DNA of 64,000 nt, from IMG/VR virus record IMGVR_UViG_3300025597_000012; one strand, written 5' to 3'. Below, piece by piece: positions 1-10,900 of the stretch (its first letter is position 1; each line of letters starts with the position of its first letter). The notes under the pieces were generated by a model, which worked only from the letters and a program-made list of their open reading frames with translations, was not told where the DNA came from and did not search any database. Both the position numbers and the translations under genes were made by a program. The DNA is from a virus.

Positions 1-1979
1 GCTACACCAGTATAAGCATCAGCTAATACAAGTGTATAGTTTGTTGTTTGTGTTGTAAAAATAAGTGAATTAAGTCCTGATGTACCTGCTGTTCCAGATG
101 TACCTGAAACACCAGATGTACCATTTGCACCATTTACTCCACTTGTACCTGAAACACCAGATGTACCTGAAACACCAGATGTACCATTTACACCATTAAT
201 TCCAGAGGTTCCATTTACTCCAGAAGTTCCATCTATACCATTCACACCAGAAGTTCCATTTGCGCCATTTACTCCAGATGTACCATTTACACCATTTACT
301 CCAGATGTTCCTGAAACACCACTAGTTCCAGATACACCACTTGTGCCACTAATACCCGATGTTCCATTAATACCATTAACTCCAGAAGTTCCATTTATAC
401 CATTAACTCCAGATGTACCATCAATTCCAGAAGTTCCATTTATACCATTAACTCCAGATGTACCATCAATTCCAGAAGTTCCATTAACACCATTAATCCC
501 AGATGTGCCGTTAACTCCAGAAGTACCACTCACACCAGAAGCACCAGATGTACCACTAGTTCCATTTATACCAGATGTGCCACTAGTTCCATCAGCAGCA
601 GAACCATTAAGTACAATTCTACCTGCAAATCTATCATCAGGTGAAGAAGGTACTTTTATTGTTACATTATTAGCATCAGTCTGTTCTACTATATCAACAT
701 TTACTTGAACAGGAGTTGAAGTAGTATCCCATAATTCTATTGTATAATTGAAAGTACCAAGTAAGTGATTAAAAGTTATAAAATAATAACCACTTATAGG
801 GCCACTCCAATCTGTAGTTGCATTAAAAATTTGATTAAAGCCAATAGCAGAAAGTCCAGAAGTACCAGAACTACCGAAAAAAGTACCATCAAGTCCTGAA
901 GTTCCTGATACACCAGAAGAACCAGATGTTCCAGAAATTCCAGAAGTTCCTGAAACACCACTAGTTCCAGAAATTCCAGAAGTTCCTGATACTCCAGATG
1001 TACCTGAAACACCAGATGTACCATTGAGACCATTAATACCCGAAGTACCAGATAAACCTGATGTACCATTAATTCCAGAAGTACCATTTATTCCAGAAGT
1101 TCCTGACACACCACTAGTTCCAGATATACCGCTAGTACCATTAATACCATTTACTCCACTTGTACCTGAAATACCAGATGTACCATTTACACCACTTGTA
1201 CCATTTATACCTGACGTTCCGTTTACACCTGACGTTCCATTTATACCTGAAGTACCAGATGTGCCATTTACTCCAGAAGTTCCATTTATACCATTTGCAC
1301 CATTTATTCCAGAAGTTCCATTTACTCCACTTGTACCATTAACACCACTAGTGCCATTAACTCCACTAGTTCCTGAAGTTCCGTTCACACCTGAAGTTCC
1401 GTTCACACCTGAAGTACCAGATGTTCCAGATATACCACTAGTTCCTGATAGTCCACTAGTACCTGATACTCCACTAGTTCCAGATATACCGCTAGTACCA
1501 TTAATACCATTAATACCCGAAGTACCATTTATTCCAGAAGAACCGGAAGTACCATTAATACCTGAAGTTCCTGATATACCAGAACTACCTGAACTACCAC
1601 TAGTTCCAGATATACCGCTGGTACCATTTAATCCAGAAGTTCCTGATATACCAGAACTACCAGATGCACCAGATGAACCTGTAATTCCAGAAGTACCAGA
1701 TGAACCAAAAAATATACCATCAACACCTGAAGTACCAGATGAACCAAAAAATGTACCATCTAAACCAGATGTACCTGATATACCAGAAGAACCAGATGTA
1801 CCAGCTATACCAATACCAGAAGTACCTGAAGTACCTGCACTACCTCTACTACCAGAAGTACCTGCAGTACCAGAAGTACCTGCTGCGTATTTCAGAAGAT
1901 TAACCTCTTTCCAAAGATTATCAATCTGTTTTTCGCAGTTAGTTAAATTAAACTTTATATTTAAATCACCAAGACCCAT
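1..1979 (-). CDS. Collagen-like (Gly-X-Y) repeat fibre protein, 3' end cut by the window edge
   Basis: Absent from the ORF track because it runs off the left edge. Hand translation from the ATG at 1979 gives MGLGDLNIKFNLTNCEKQIDNLWKEVNLLKYAAGTSGTAGTSGSRGSAGTSG... The ATG overlaps the upstream stop as TAATG. Long G-T-S / G-x-N triplet runs flank a non-repeat insert at about 600-850 (...FNATTDWSGPISGYYFITFNHLLGTFNYTIELWD...). I checked codon by codon that the frame is open at 3-104 and 540-866. Confidence 0.8.
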   Translation of the reverse strand, partial: MGLGDLNIKFNLTNCEKQIDNLWKEVNLLKYAAGTSGTAGTSGSRGSAGTSGTSGIGIAGTSGSSGISGTSGLDGTFFGSSGTSGVDGIFFGSSGTSGITGSSGASGSSGISGTSGLNGTSGISGTSGSSGSSGISGTSGINGTSGSSGINGTSGINGINGTSGISGTSGVSGTSGLSGTSGISGTSGTSGVNGTSGVNGTSGTSGVNGTSGVNGTSGVNGTSGINGANGINGTSGVNGTSGTSGINGTSGVNGTSGINGTSGVNGTSGISGTSGVNGINGTSGISGTSGVSGTSGINGTSGINGTSGLSGTSGINGLNGTSGVSGTSGVSGTSGISGTSGVSGTSGISGTSGSSGVSGTSGLDGTFFGSSGTSGLSAIGFNQIFNATTDWSGPISGYYFITFNHLLGTFNYTIELWDTTSTPVQVNVDIVEQTDANNVTIKVPSSPDDRFAGRIVLNGSAADGTSGTSGINGTSGTSGASGVSGTSGVNGTSGINGVNGTSGIDGTSGVNGINGTSGIDGTSGVNGINGTSGVNGINGTSGISGTSGVSGTSGVSGTSGVNGVNGTSGVNGANGTSGVNGIDGTSGVNGTSGINGVNGTSGVSGTSGVSGTSGVNGANGTSGVSGTSGTAGTSGLNSLIFTTQTTNYTLVLADAYTGV
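60..1890 (-). repeat. Triplet (GGT-ACT-TCT type) coding repeats of the collagen-like gene, interrupted at about 600-850
   Basis: The antisense reading gives PEVPDVP-type shadow ORFs (track ORFs 343..708+, 1024..2037+). The sense reading is G-X-Y. Confidence 0.8.
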
Positions 1980-4900
1980 TAATATTTATTTAATAGTCTA
2001 TAATATTGTAATTGTTCTTCCGGTTGCATCATGTTAACAGCTTGTCTTACAATCGGAATTGCTTTAAAGAGTTTGGCTTTTAATATAGAGTCTCCTTTAT
2101 CAAAGGCTCCTGTTTTTCTTTTATATACTTCTGTAGGATTAGTTACTAATTGAGTAAAGAAATCAGTATATCTTGTAGCTGTAAGAATTACGGCTGAAGG
2201 ATTTTGAAGCACCTGCATAATATCAGTAGCTCCAAAGATACTATACATACCTATATCTTTTCTAAGTCTAAGCATTTGAAGAGTAAGGGTATTTTGTAAC
2301 CAAGATTTATCCTTATCATCTCCTGAAGCATTAGCTAAAGCTATTGTTAAAATACCCATTCCTACAAGTAATGAGAGTTCAAACATAGTTTTATTATAGG
2401 CATACTTTTCATCAGCAGACCAACCTTTTCTATTAAAGAAGTTAGCTGCAGCGTTGAATTTCATTTCTTTAATATCAGAAGCAACCTTACTGAAGAATTT
2501 ACGATAGTATCCCTCCATTTCATCACCTATCTCATAATCAAAGCGTTGTCTTCCGTATCTTGACCTGAAAGCGTTGTACATGAACTTACGGTAAATTAAC
2601 ATAAGTTTACCATAAAAGGTTCTCTGCAGTTGAACTTTATCGAATTTACTATAGTTACCGTTAAGTATTTTATTTACACCATGTAGTCTTTGAGTGAAAA
2701 GTCTTTCATCTTCAGCAGTCCAGATAATATCATCTCTAAGTCTCAAGAAACCTTTTTCATTAATTTTATGAGCATCAAATAGAGATATAGTTTCTCCAGA
2801 CGTAGTTTTAACTTTGGTAGCGTTCATTAAAGAAAGCATACCTACAAGCTGAATCTGGTGTTCTGCTGCGTGGTTAATAATAAAGATAGTATCGGCATTT
2901 GCGTATCTTTGTGTAGCATTACCAACAAACTTTTTACCATATTTATCACGGAACTCACCTTGGATAGCATCGTATTTAATACCTAACTGAGTAATCTTTG
3001 ATTTCTTAAGATTAAAGGCATCCTTCATAAACTCATTAAAGTTACTGAAGTATTGTCCTTGAGCTTTTCTCCAGTCAGCAGGTGTATAATATTTAGCACC
3101 AAGAGATTCTCCAAGTGTCATAATATTACCGATACTTACGTTACCTATACCTGCTGTTACGTTGAAAGCCATGTTATTAAGAGCAGTAAGAAAGGCAAAG
3201 TTTCCACCAAGTTTATTTAAATCTACAGCTCTGCCAAAAATTCTAGCAGTATCTTGTAATTCTTCTTGACCATATACTACATCATCTAACCAGCTAAGTA
3301 GTTGTTTATTAAGACGTTCTGCTGTAGTTTTCTTAGAAGGAAGTTTAAGGAATCTATCAAAAATAGTTTTTCTATCAGATGTAACAGGAATTATTTTTCT
3401 TGCTTCCATCTTAAACTGAGCATTACCTTCAAGAACCATTCTTAAAGTTCTTACATTAGGTTCAACTTCTCTCATCATTTCAACAAGATTAGCTGCACCT
3501 GCAAACTTAAAGATTGTTTCGGGGAGAACTAAGCTTACATTAGAATCATCAATAGATTGTACATAAGGAGTTTTAATTCTCTTGTACATACTACCATCAA
3601 GATTTATGTCATTTTGTGCTGTAGTACTTTCTTCAGCTTTAGGTAAAAAGAAATTCAATACTTTATTACCTACTACTTTTGCTTTATTACCAGCACCTTC
3701 AGCAGTTTTAACATCTTGAATTTGACTGGGTTTGTCAAATACCTGAGGTACTATACCAAATTGAAGTCTTTCTTCTTCTCCATATTTATCATTACCTTCT
3801 TTATAGGTATCATACATTTTTGTAAAGAACTCGTCTTTATTGTAGAGTCTATCAAATTCTGCATTTTTATACTTATCAGCAGGTTTTGAAAGGCTACCAT
3901 TCTGTTCTTCCCAAGCAAAAATTTTATCTACATAATTTTGATATAAAGCTCTTTCTGCTGCTGTAGAATTTTCACTTGGCGCATCAGGCATTTCTCCTAA
4001 TGTTTCTAAGAAGGCAGCTTTATCTTTAGTATAAAGGTCATAGAAGTAAGGTTGGTGCAAAGCCCATTTCTGAGTGTAAGCCCATTTGAATTTACCTTCA
4101 TCATCTTTCTCTTCAGTTTTCTGAAGGATAGTAGCTTTTCTTAAGAAATTTTTCTTGTAGTATTCTACAGTACTTTTAGTTTCATTAGCTAAACCTTTTG
4201 CTTTCAAGAATTTAGCATAATCAATTTTAATTTCTTCACCAAGTTTTGCTTCATATAAATGGTTATCTTCCATTACATCAAATAAGGCTGTTCTTGTAAT
4301 AGCAGAAACAGGGTCATTATTTGAGCCAACAGAACCTAAATGGAACTGTAAGAAGCTTAAATCTTCATCAGCATTATACAGTTTATTTTTAAACTGCTCT
4401 TTTGTAAGTACATAACTAGGGTACTTATCTTTAATTCTTTCATTAACTTCCTCAATGTAAGGGAATAACCATTCAGCAGTAAGGTCTATTGAACGTGCCT
4501 TAATCTTATAGTCAGCTATATTTCTAGCTTCTGCAAGAGTTATTTGCATAGCTTTATATGCTTCAGGGGCAAGGTCTTGTGCTACTCTACCAAATAAACC
4601 ATGTACATCTTCGTACATAGCTAAAAGGTTTCTAACTAAGTCAAGGTCTCTATGAAGTTGTTTTACATCTTTCTGAGTAAGCTTATTTTCTTTATCAGAA
4701 AGCTTACCACTAATTCTCTTGAACTCATCACTAGCATAACGAAGACCATCTATACCTTGATAGATATATTGGTTAATACTTTCAAACTCATCATAGTTTT
4801 TAAGTAAAGACCTAACAGCTATAAGTTCAGAAAGAAGTTCAGGAGAAGGTGTTCTTCTTCTGGCTGTATCATCTAAAACAGCTAGTCTTCTTTTAATTCT

Positions 4901-7900
4901 TTCTATAAGTTTCTGGTCGTCAGTCTTTTCTGTAGCATCTGCTTGGAAAGCTTTAACGGCAGTAATTAAGTCTTTTCTTTCAGTAAAGTCAAAAGGCATA
5001 CCATTACTTGAAGTAAGGTCGGCAAACTCGGCAAGATTCATAGCCGGAAGATATTTTATTTTAGCAACTCCTTGTTCACCTGCTTTTGCACCTTTTACAT
5101 TAGCTTTTAAAGCTCCATAAAAACCACTAAGTACACTTACAAACCAATCAAAGAATTTTCTAGCTAAACTAGCTCCAGATTTATGATATTTATCATAAAG
5201 GAATCTACCAGTTCTGTCAAAATTTCTAGCTCCAAGTTTACCTAAATAGTTAACTAAAGCTTCGTCTTGGATTTCTTCTTTATTTTTACCTTTATATAAA
5301 GGACTCTTTAAAGTTTCAGACATAGCTTCACCAGCTATATCATCGTTCTCAAGTACAAGAGCTTTATACTCCTCCATTAAGCTTGTATATAGAGCATGGT
5401 TATCTACTTTAAGTACAGCCATAAATGGGTGAAGATATTCGTGAAATGGTGTATCTCTTGATACTCTACTTAAGTTAATAACAGCTACACTATTTTCAAA
5501 TTTACCTTTCCAATCTTCATCAACATCTACTACTTGATAAGGTATATTATATTTTTGTTTAAGATGCTCAAGTATAACTTTAAGACCAACATAATCAACT
5601 GTTAAGTTATCTTCATCTTCTGTAGATACAGTAAAAGGTTCATTTTGTTTACCATATTCAGTTTTATGATTTTCTGAATAATCTGTATCATAAGATTTAG
5701 GTATAACTATTTCTTTAAGAACACCTTCATCAAAAGGTTCTTCTGTTTCTTCTTGAATTTCAGGAGCAACTTTAGTAAGTTTATCTGAAGCAACAATTTG
5801 TTCACCATACTTTGTACCATCAGTAATAGTAACAAAAGTAGTTCCTTTTACAGTTCCGAAAGGTGTTTCTTTATCAAGACCTTCATTAACTTCAGTAACG
5901 GTAAGTTCTTTACCATTATACATAACTTTAGAACCTACATCTTCCTTAGTGAATACTTCAGGAATACGTTCTTCCTCAGGTTGAGGTTGTTCTTCAGTCT
6001 GTTGTTCAACTGGTTCAGTTTGTTGAGTTTCAGTTTCTTGTGCAGGAGTTATTTCTTTTTCTTGTGTATTTCCTGCATTTAATTTATCAATGATTGACTG
6101 AATAGCCTCATCTTTATTTAAACCTATTGCATCACCAGCTTCATCATACCAAGCACCATCAAATTCATCAATAGTATTGATAAGAGTACCATTATGTTTT
6201 ATCTCTACAAGACCATCTCCTGTAGTACGAATACTTAATTCTTTACGAGTTATAGCTTTAGTAGGTACTGGAGCAGGTTCTTCGGCTTGTGCTTCTTCAA
6301 CCTTTTTCTCTTCTTCCTGTTCAGTTTTTACCTCTTCTTTAATAACAGTCTCATATTTTTCACCAAGCATAGCAGCATAAATCTTTTTCATGCTGTCATT
6401 AAGGGTTACGTCAATATCAGAACCTACGATACCTTTATAAATATCAGTTAACCATTTCTTAAAATTATCAAAGAGTTTTTGTAATGTAGAAGTAGGAGCT
6501 TCACCATCAGCAAGGTATTTCTCAAAACCTCTAGCAAATTTCTCAGATGTTTCTCTACTCCAATCTTCAGTTCCAGCCCATTCTAATACGTCAGCTCTCT
6601 CAGTATCAGTAAGTTGTCCTTCCCAATAGTGAGCAAGTTCATGTAAAGGAGTTGATACATCAGGATTAGTTAATGAATAAATAATAGCCTGACTATCACC
6701 TAAAAGTCTTATAGCACCTTTTGGGCCTTGATTAAACTGTACATTAGTCCAATTAGCAATTTTAGAAGTATCGTTTCTTTTTAAATCATTATCTGAAAAT
6801 TCAGGACGACCTGAATAAGTAGGTTTAAGTAGTCGTGTAAATCTGTGTTCTGAATTTTTTAATTTTTTAATTTGTTCTTTTATTTCACTTAATTTTGCCT
6901 CTATATTATTTTTAAATTCAAGATATTCAGTTATAGAATCAAAATCGTCTTCAGTTACACTATCTAAATTATTTTTAACTAGGTTATATAGTTGTATTGC
7001 CCCTTTATATTTATCTTCTCTAGTACGAGTATTTGTACCACCTTCTATATTTAAATGATTTTTAAGTTGATTATATATAGAATTAGATAATCTATCTTCT
7101 ATTACTTTTTGTTCATCTGATGTAATATTAGATATTAATTTAGAAATATCTTGAACTTTTCTAAAAGTTTCAGTCTGGTCTACTTTTAATAATTTTTTAT
7201 ATAAACTTGCTTCAGCTAAAATATAATGTACATTATCATCTCTTACAAAAGGAGAATTTATAATTTTATCTTCATAAGAATTATTTTCAATATCTTTATC
7301 TGTAACATTAAATTCACGAAGTATGCTTCTTAATCGAGTTACAAAAGAACCTATTTTTATATTTGTTAAAGTAGCTTCTTTATCTAACCCTCCATGACCG
7401 TTATTAAATCTATTCCAAAGTCCTGAAAGTCCTACTTTTATAGAATCATATTGTTGTGTTATTCCATTAAGTGCTTCAATCTCAGCGTCTGTTAAGTTAA
7501 AGATTTGTTTAAATTGAGATAAAGTTTCTTTATCAATATAGTCTACAATACGACCAAAATTTGATATAAGTTGATTTTTATATTCCTCTTCTGTAACAAA
7601 TTCTGTTCCATCACGAAAAACTTTAAGACCTTTGGAAATATCAGTAATAAAGTTTGTAGGATTTTTTATTTTAGAGATATTTTCTAAAATATTAGCTACA
7701 GGTATTCTTAATTTAGACTCAACTGATTGATTTTGAAATAAAAGATTACCTTCATTTATGAAAGGATTAACAGTTCCGTGAGTTGCCTCATATACGAATT
7801 TAAGGGTATTACCATATCCATTATCAGCAAGCCACTTGTTAATTTTCTTAGCAAGTTCGGGGGTAGCTTTACCATTCTTAGTTTGGAAGGCAAGGTTACC

Positions 7901-10900
7901 AAAGCTTTTAGCTTTTTGAAGCTCAAAGCCTTTTACCACGTTTGCTATCATAGCAGAATTAGAATACTGATAATAAATATCAGGATTCTCTGTAGAGAAT
8001 GTGGCATTTCTACCAGAGGCATCTTTAACTTGGTCTGCTTCGTAAACAGCTAAGTTCTTGATTCCCTGTTCTTTAACATAGTAACCATCATAACCATTAT
8101 CTTTGATAAGCTTTTGGAAAGCTTTATCTTCTAAGACTTGCCAGTTATGTTCTTCAGAAAGGTAGAAATTACCATTCTCATCTTCACCACCTGTTAGTCT
8201 GCTATATATAGTTTTATTGTGTTCTTTTAGGAAAGCAAGGTCTTGTTTATTCTCATAGTCAAAAGGTTTATTTGCTTTTACAAATAAAGATAAAACATTG
8301 TTACCTCTTGTCACCATAGCATAGTCTTCAGAAAAATCATACTCTGGTGATAAGAACAGACCCATTCCTCTACCTTGTGTTTTGTCAAAGATACTCCAAT
8401 TTTCAGGAGTACCATGAAACATAACCATAGGCTCACCATTAACATCAAGAACTTTAGAGTTACCAAACCAGTTCTTAAATGCTTTAGTCTTAGTTAAAAG
8501 CCATGTATCTTCATCAAGTAATGAAGGTCTTCCGTTTGGAGCTTTTCTGAAAGTACCATTCTTTTTAGCAGCTTCTTTGATTTGAGCTTTTTCCTGCTCA
8601 ATAGATGGATTCTGCCAAATAGTATCTTCTGAACCTTGAAGACTTTCAGGAGTTGTTTTTCTGAAAGTTATGGATTTATAGAAGTCTTCTTTGGTCTTAC
8701 CATTTCTTAAAGCCCAAGTAGTAGCTACTCTATCATAGATTTCAGATACAGCTTTAGCCTGAGTTGATTTAAGGCTGAATAATGTCTCCATTACTTTAGC
8801 CATACTTTTCTTATCGGCAGCCACTTGGACTGTTTCAAAAGCTCTTTTTTCAGCTTCAGCAGCTTCAGGAATAAGTCTTACCAGTGCATCAGAAACCTTT
8901 TTACCAAAGATATTCTTACCTGCTTCTGGATTATCTATGTATTGAGATACGACTGCATTAAATACATCCTCATCATTAGAGCCGGCAATACCACTCTTAT
9001 AAGGTTCTTTAATGTCAGTTAAGTTCTCTCTAACTATACTTATAAACTCTTCTTTAGGAGTTTGAATTTTCTTTTCTTCAATTCTAGCTTGCTTAACTGC
9101 TTTAGCTGCAGCGGGTTCTTGCTTAGGTTGAGGTTTTACCTCTTGTTTAGCTTCAGTAGGAGCTGAAGGTTTAACAGCAGCTTTCTGACCTTTTTGTAGA
9201 GGGAATACTCTTAAAGAAAACTGTTTGAATACATCAGGTTGAGCTGCTATTGAAAGAGAGTTATTAAGTTGGTCTTGAGTAACTTCTGCGTCATTCAAGA
9301 TACCTGATTTAAAGTCTTGTTTAGCAAGTGAAAGATTAAGTTTGTCTATACTCTTAGTTTCGTAAGATACTTTTCTAATCTTTTCATCAATAGCTCTAAC
9401 CATTCCGTCAAAGTCTTTGGCTTGCTTTATCTCATTAACTTTAACTCTTTTATGTATAGGATTCTCAGGGTCAACTGTTTTATTGAATACATTAAGATAG
9501 ATATTGCCTTGAGTATCAACAGTTAATTTAAGGTCAGTTCTTCTTTCATCTCTATTTCTAGAGTCTGCAATATAAAGTTTTTCTGTAAGTTCAGAATTAA
9601 TTTTATCTACCTGTGCTTTTGTTAAAGTATTAGGAAGATTTTTAAGTTCATTATATACTTCATTAAGAATCTTTTCATCAGCCGCAGAAGGTCTTGCTAC
9701 AAGATGTCTGAAAGTACTGTCAGGCATTTTCATAACATAAAGATAGCGTCTATCAAAAGATTGAATATTCTTCAGATTATTAGCAACATAAGTTACAATA
9801 TCTGTAATTTCATCTTGAGAAAGTTCTGCTTTATTAAGAATAGTAGGTTTAGTACTTCTTTCGTATTGTTTATTTTCTTTGTTATAAACAACTGGGAATG
9901 AAAGTATTGCACTACCTTTTTGACCTTTGTATGTAAGATTTTTAAGTAATGTAGAAGAAGATTCTGATTTTGAATAATTTATACCGCCATAAGAAGTTAC
10001 AATATCAAATAAAGCCTTAAGCTCCTGATTAGTAAATTCAGTTTTACCTGATTTAAATTGAGAATAGAAATGCTCACTAAGTGCTTTATAATCAGTCATT
10101 TGCTGAATAAAGTCAGAATAAGTTGAAGGTTCATTACCTGTAATTCTTTCATATTCTTCAGGAGCAATCTCAATTAACGGAGTATATTTTTCACCTCTTT
10201 TAAAATAAAGTCTATCAGCGTCACTAAGAAAACCAATAGTCTCACCTTCAAATTTTAATTCAATTTGAGTATGTGAACCTGTGTAGTAAACACCCGGAAT
10301 ATTTTTAAAACCTTGATATGCACCATGAGGAAGCCCTTTAGTGCTTTCTGCTACAGTAGCAGTAAGACCATCATAAATTTGTTGAGGTGTTTTACTGAAT
10401 AAAACTTTTCTAAGATTGTCATTATTTTTTTGACCATCTTGATAGTTTACAGAGTTAATCTTGTTAAATAAAACTGAAGGGTTAGCAACCATTTGGATGC
10501 TATTAGTCTTCACACCTTTTCTTTTCTTATCAGCTTCTTTTACACCTTCTTGAATTTCTGCAACATCCTCAGAATCAAATGTTTCGTGAGTAGGAGTATT
10601 GTCTATAAAAGTAACTGGGCCAGCAGAAGTTTGAACTTCTTTAGAAGTATTTTCTTCTAATGTAGCCAGTTCTGCATCATATTTAGCATTAATTTTTTTT
10701 GAATAAGCGTTTAAACTGGATTCCTCCCCTGTTCTTTCTCCTGTTTTAGAGTATTTACCAAAAGAAGTTTGAGAATACGCAACTTTTAAGTAATCTTCTG
10801 TTGTTTGTTCTTTACTGATTTCAAAAGGAGAGTTATCATTAACATTACCATATTTATTTTTTTCAATACCTTGGTAAGCCATTCTTTTTCCATCAGGATA

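Noticed and set aside
343-2037. Plus-strand ORFs with PEVPDVP-type proline-rich repeats (343..708, 1024..2037, plus 1160..1342 and 1700..1903)
   Set aside because: They are antisense shadows of the minus-strand Gly-X-Y collagen-like gene. The minus frame is open from 1979 to the window edge and is translationally coupled (TAATG) to the upstream gene. The same applies to 30328..30648+ and 31573..31983+.
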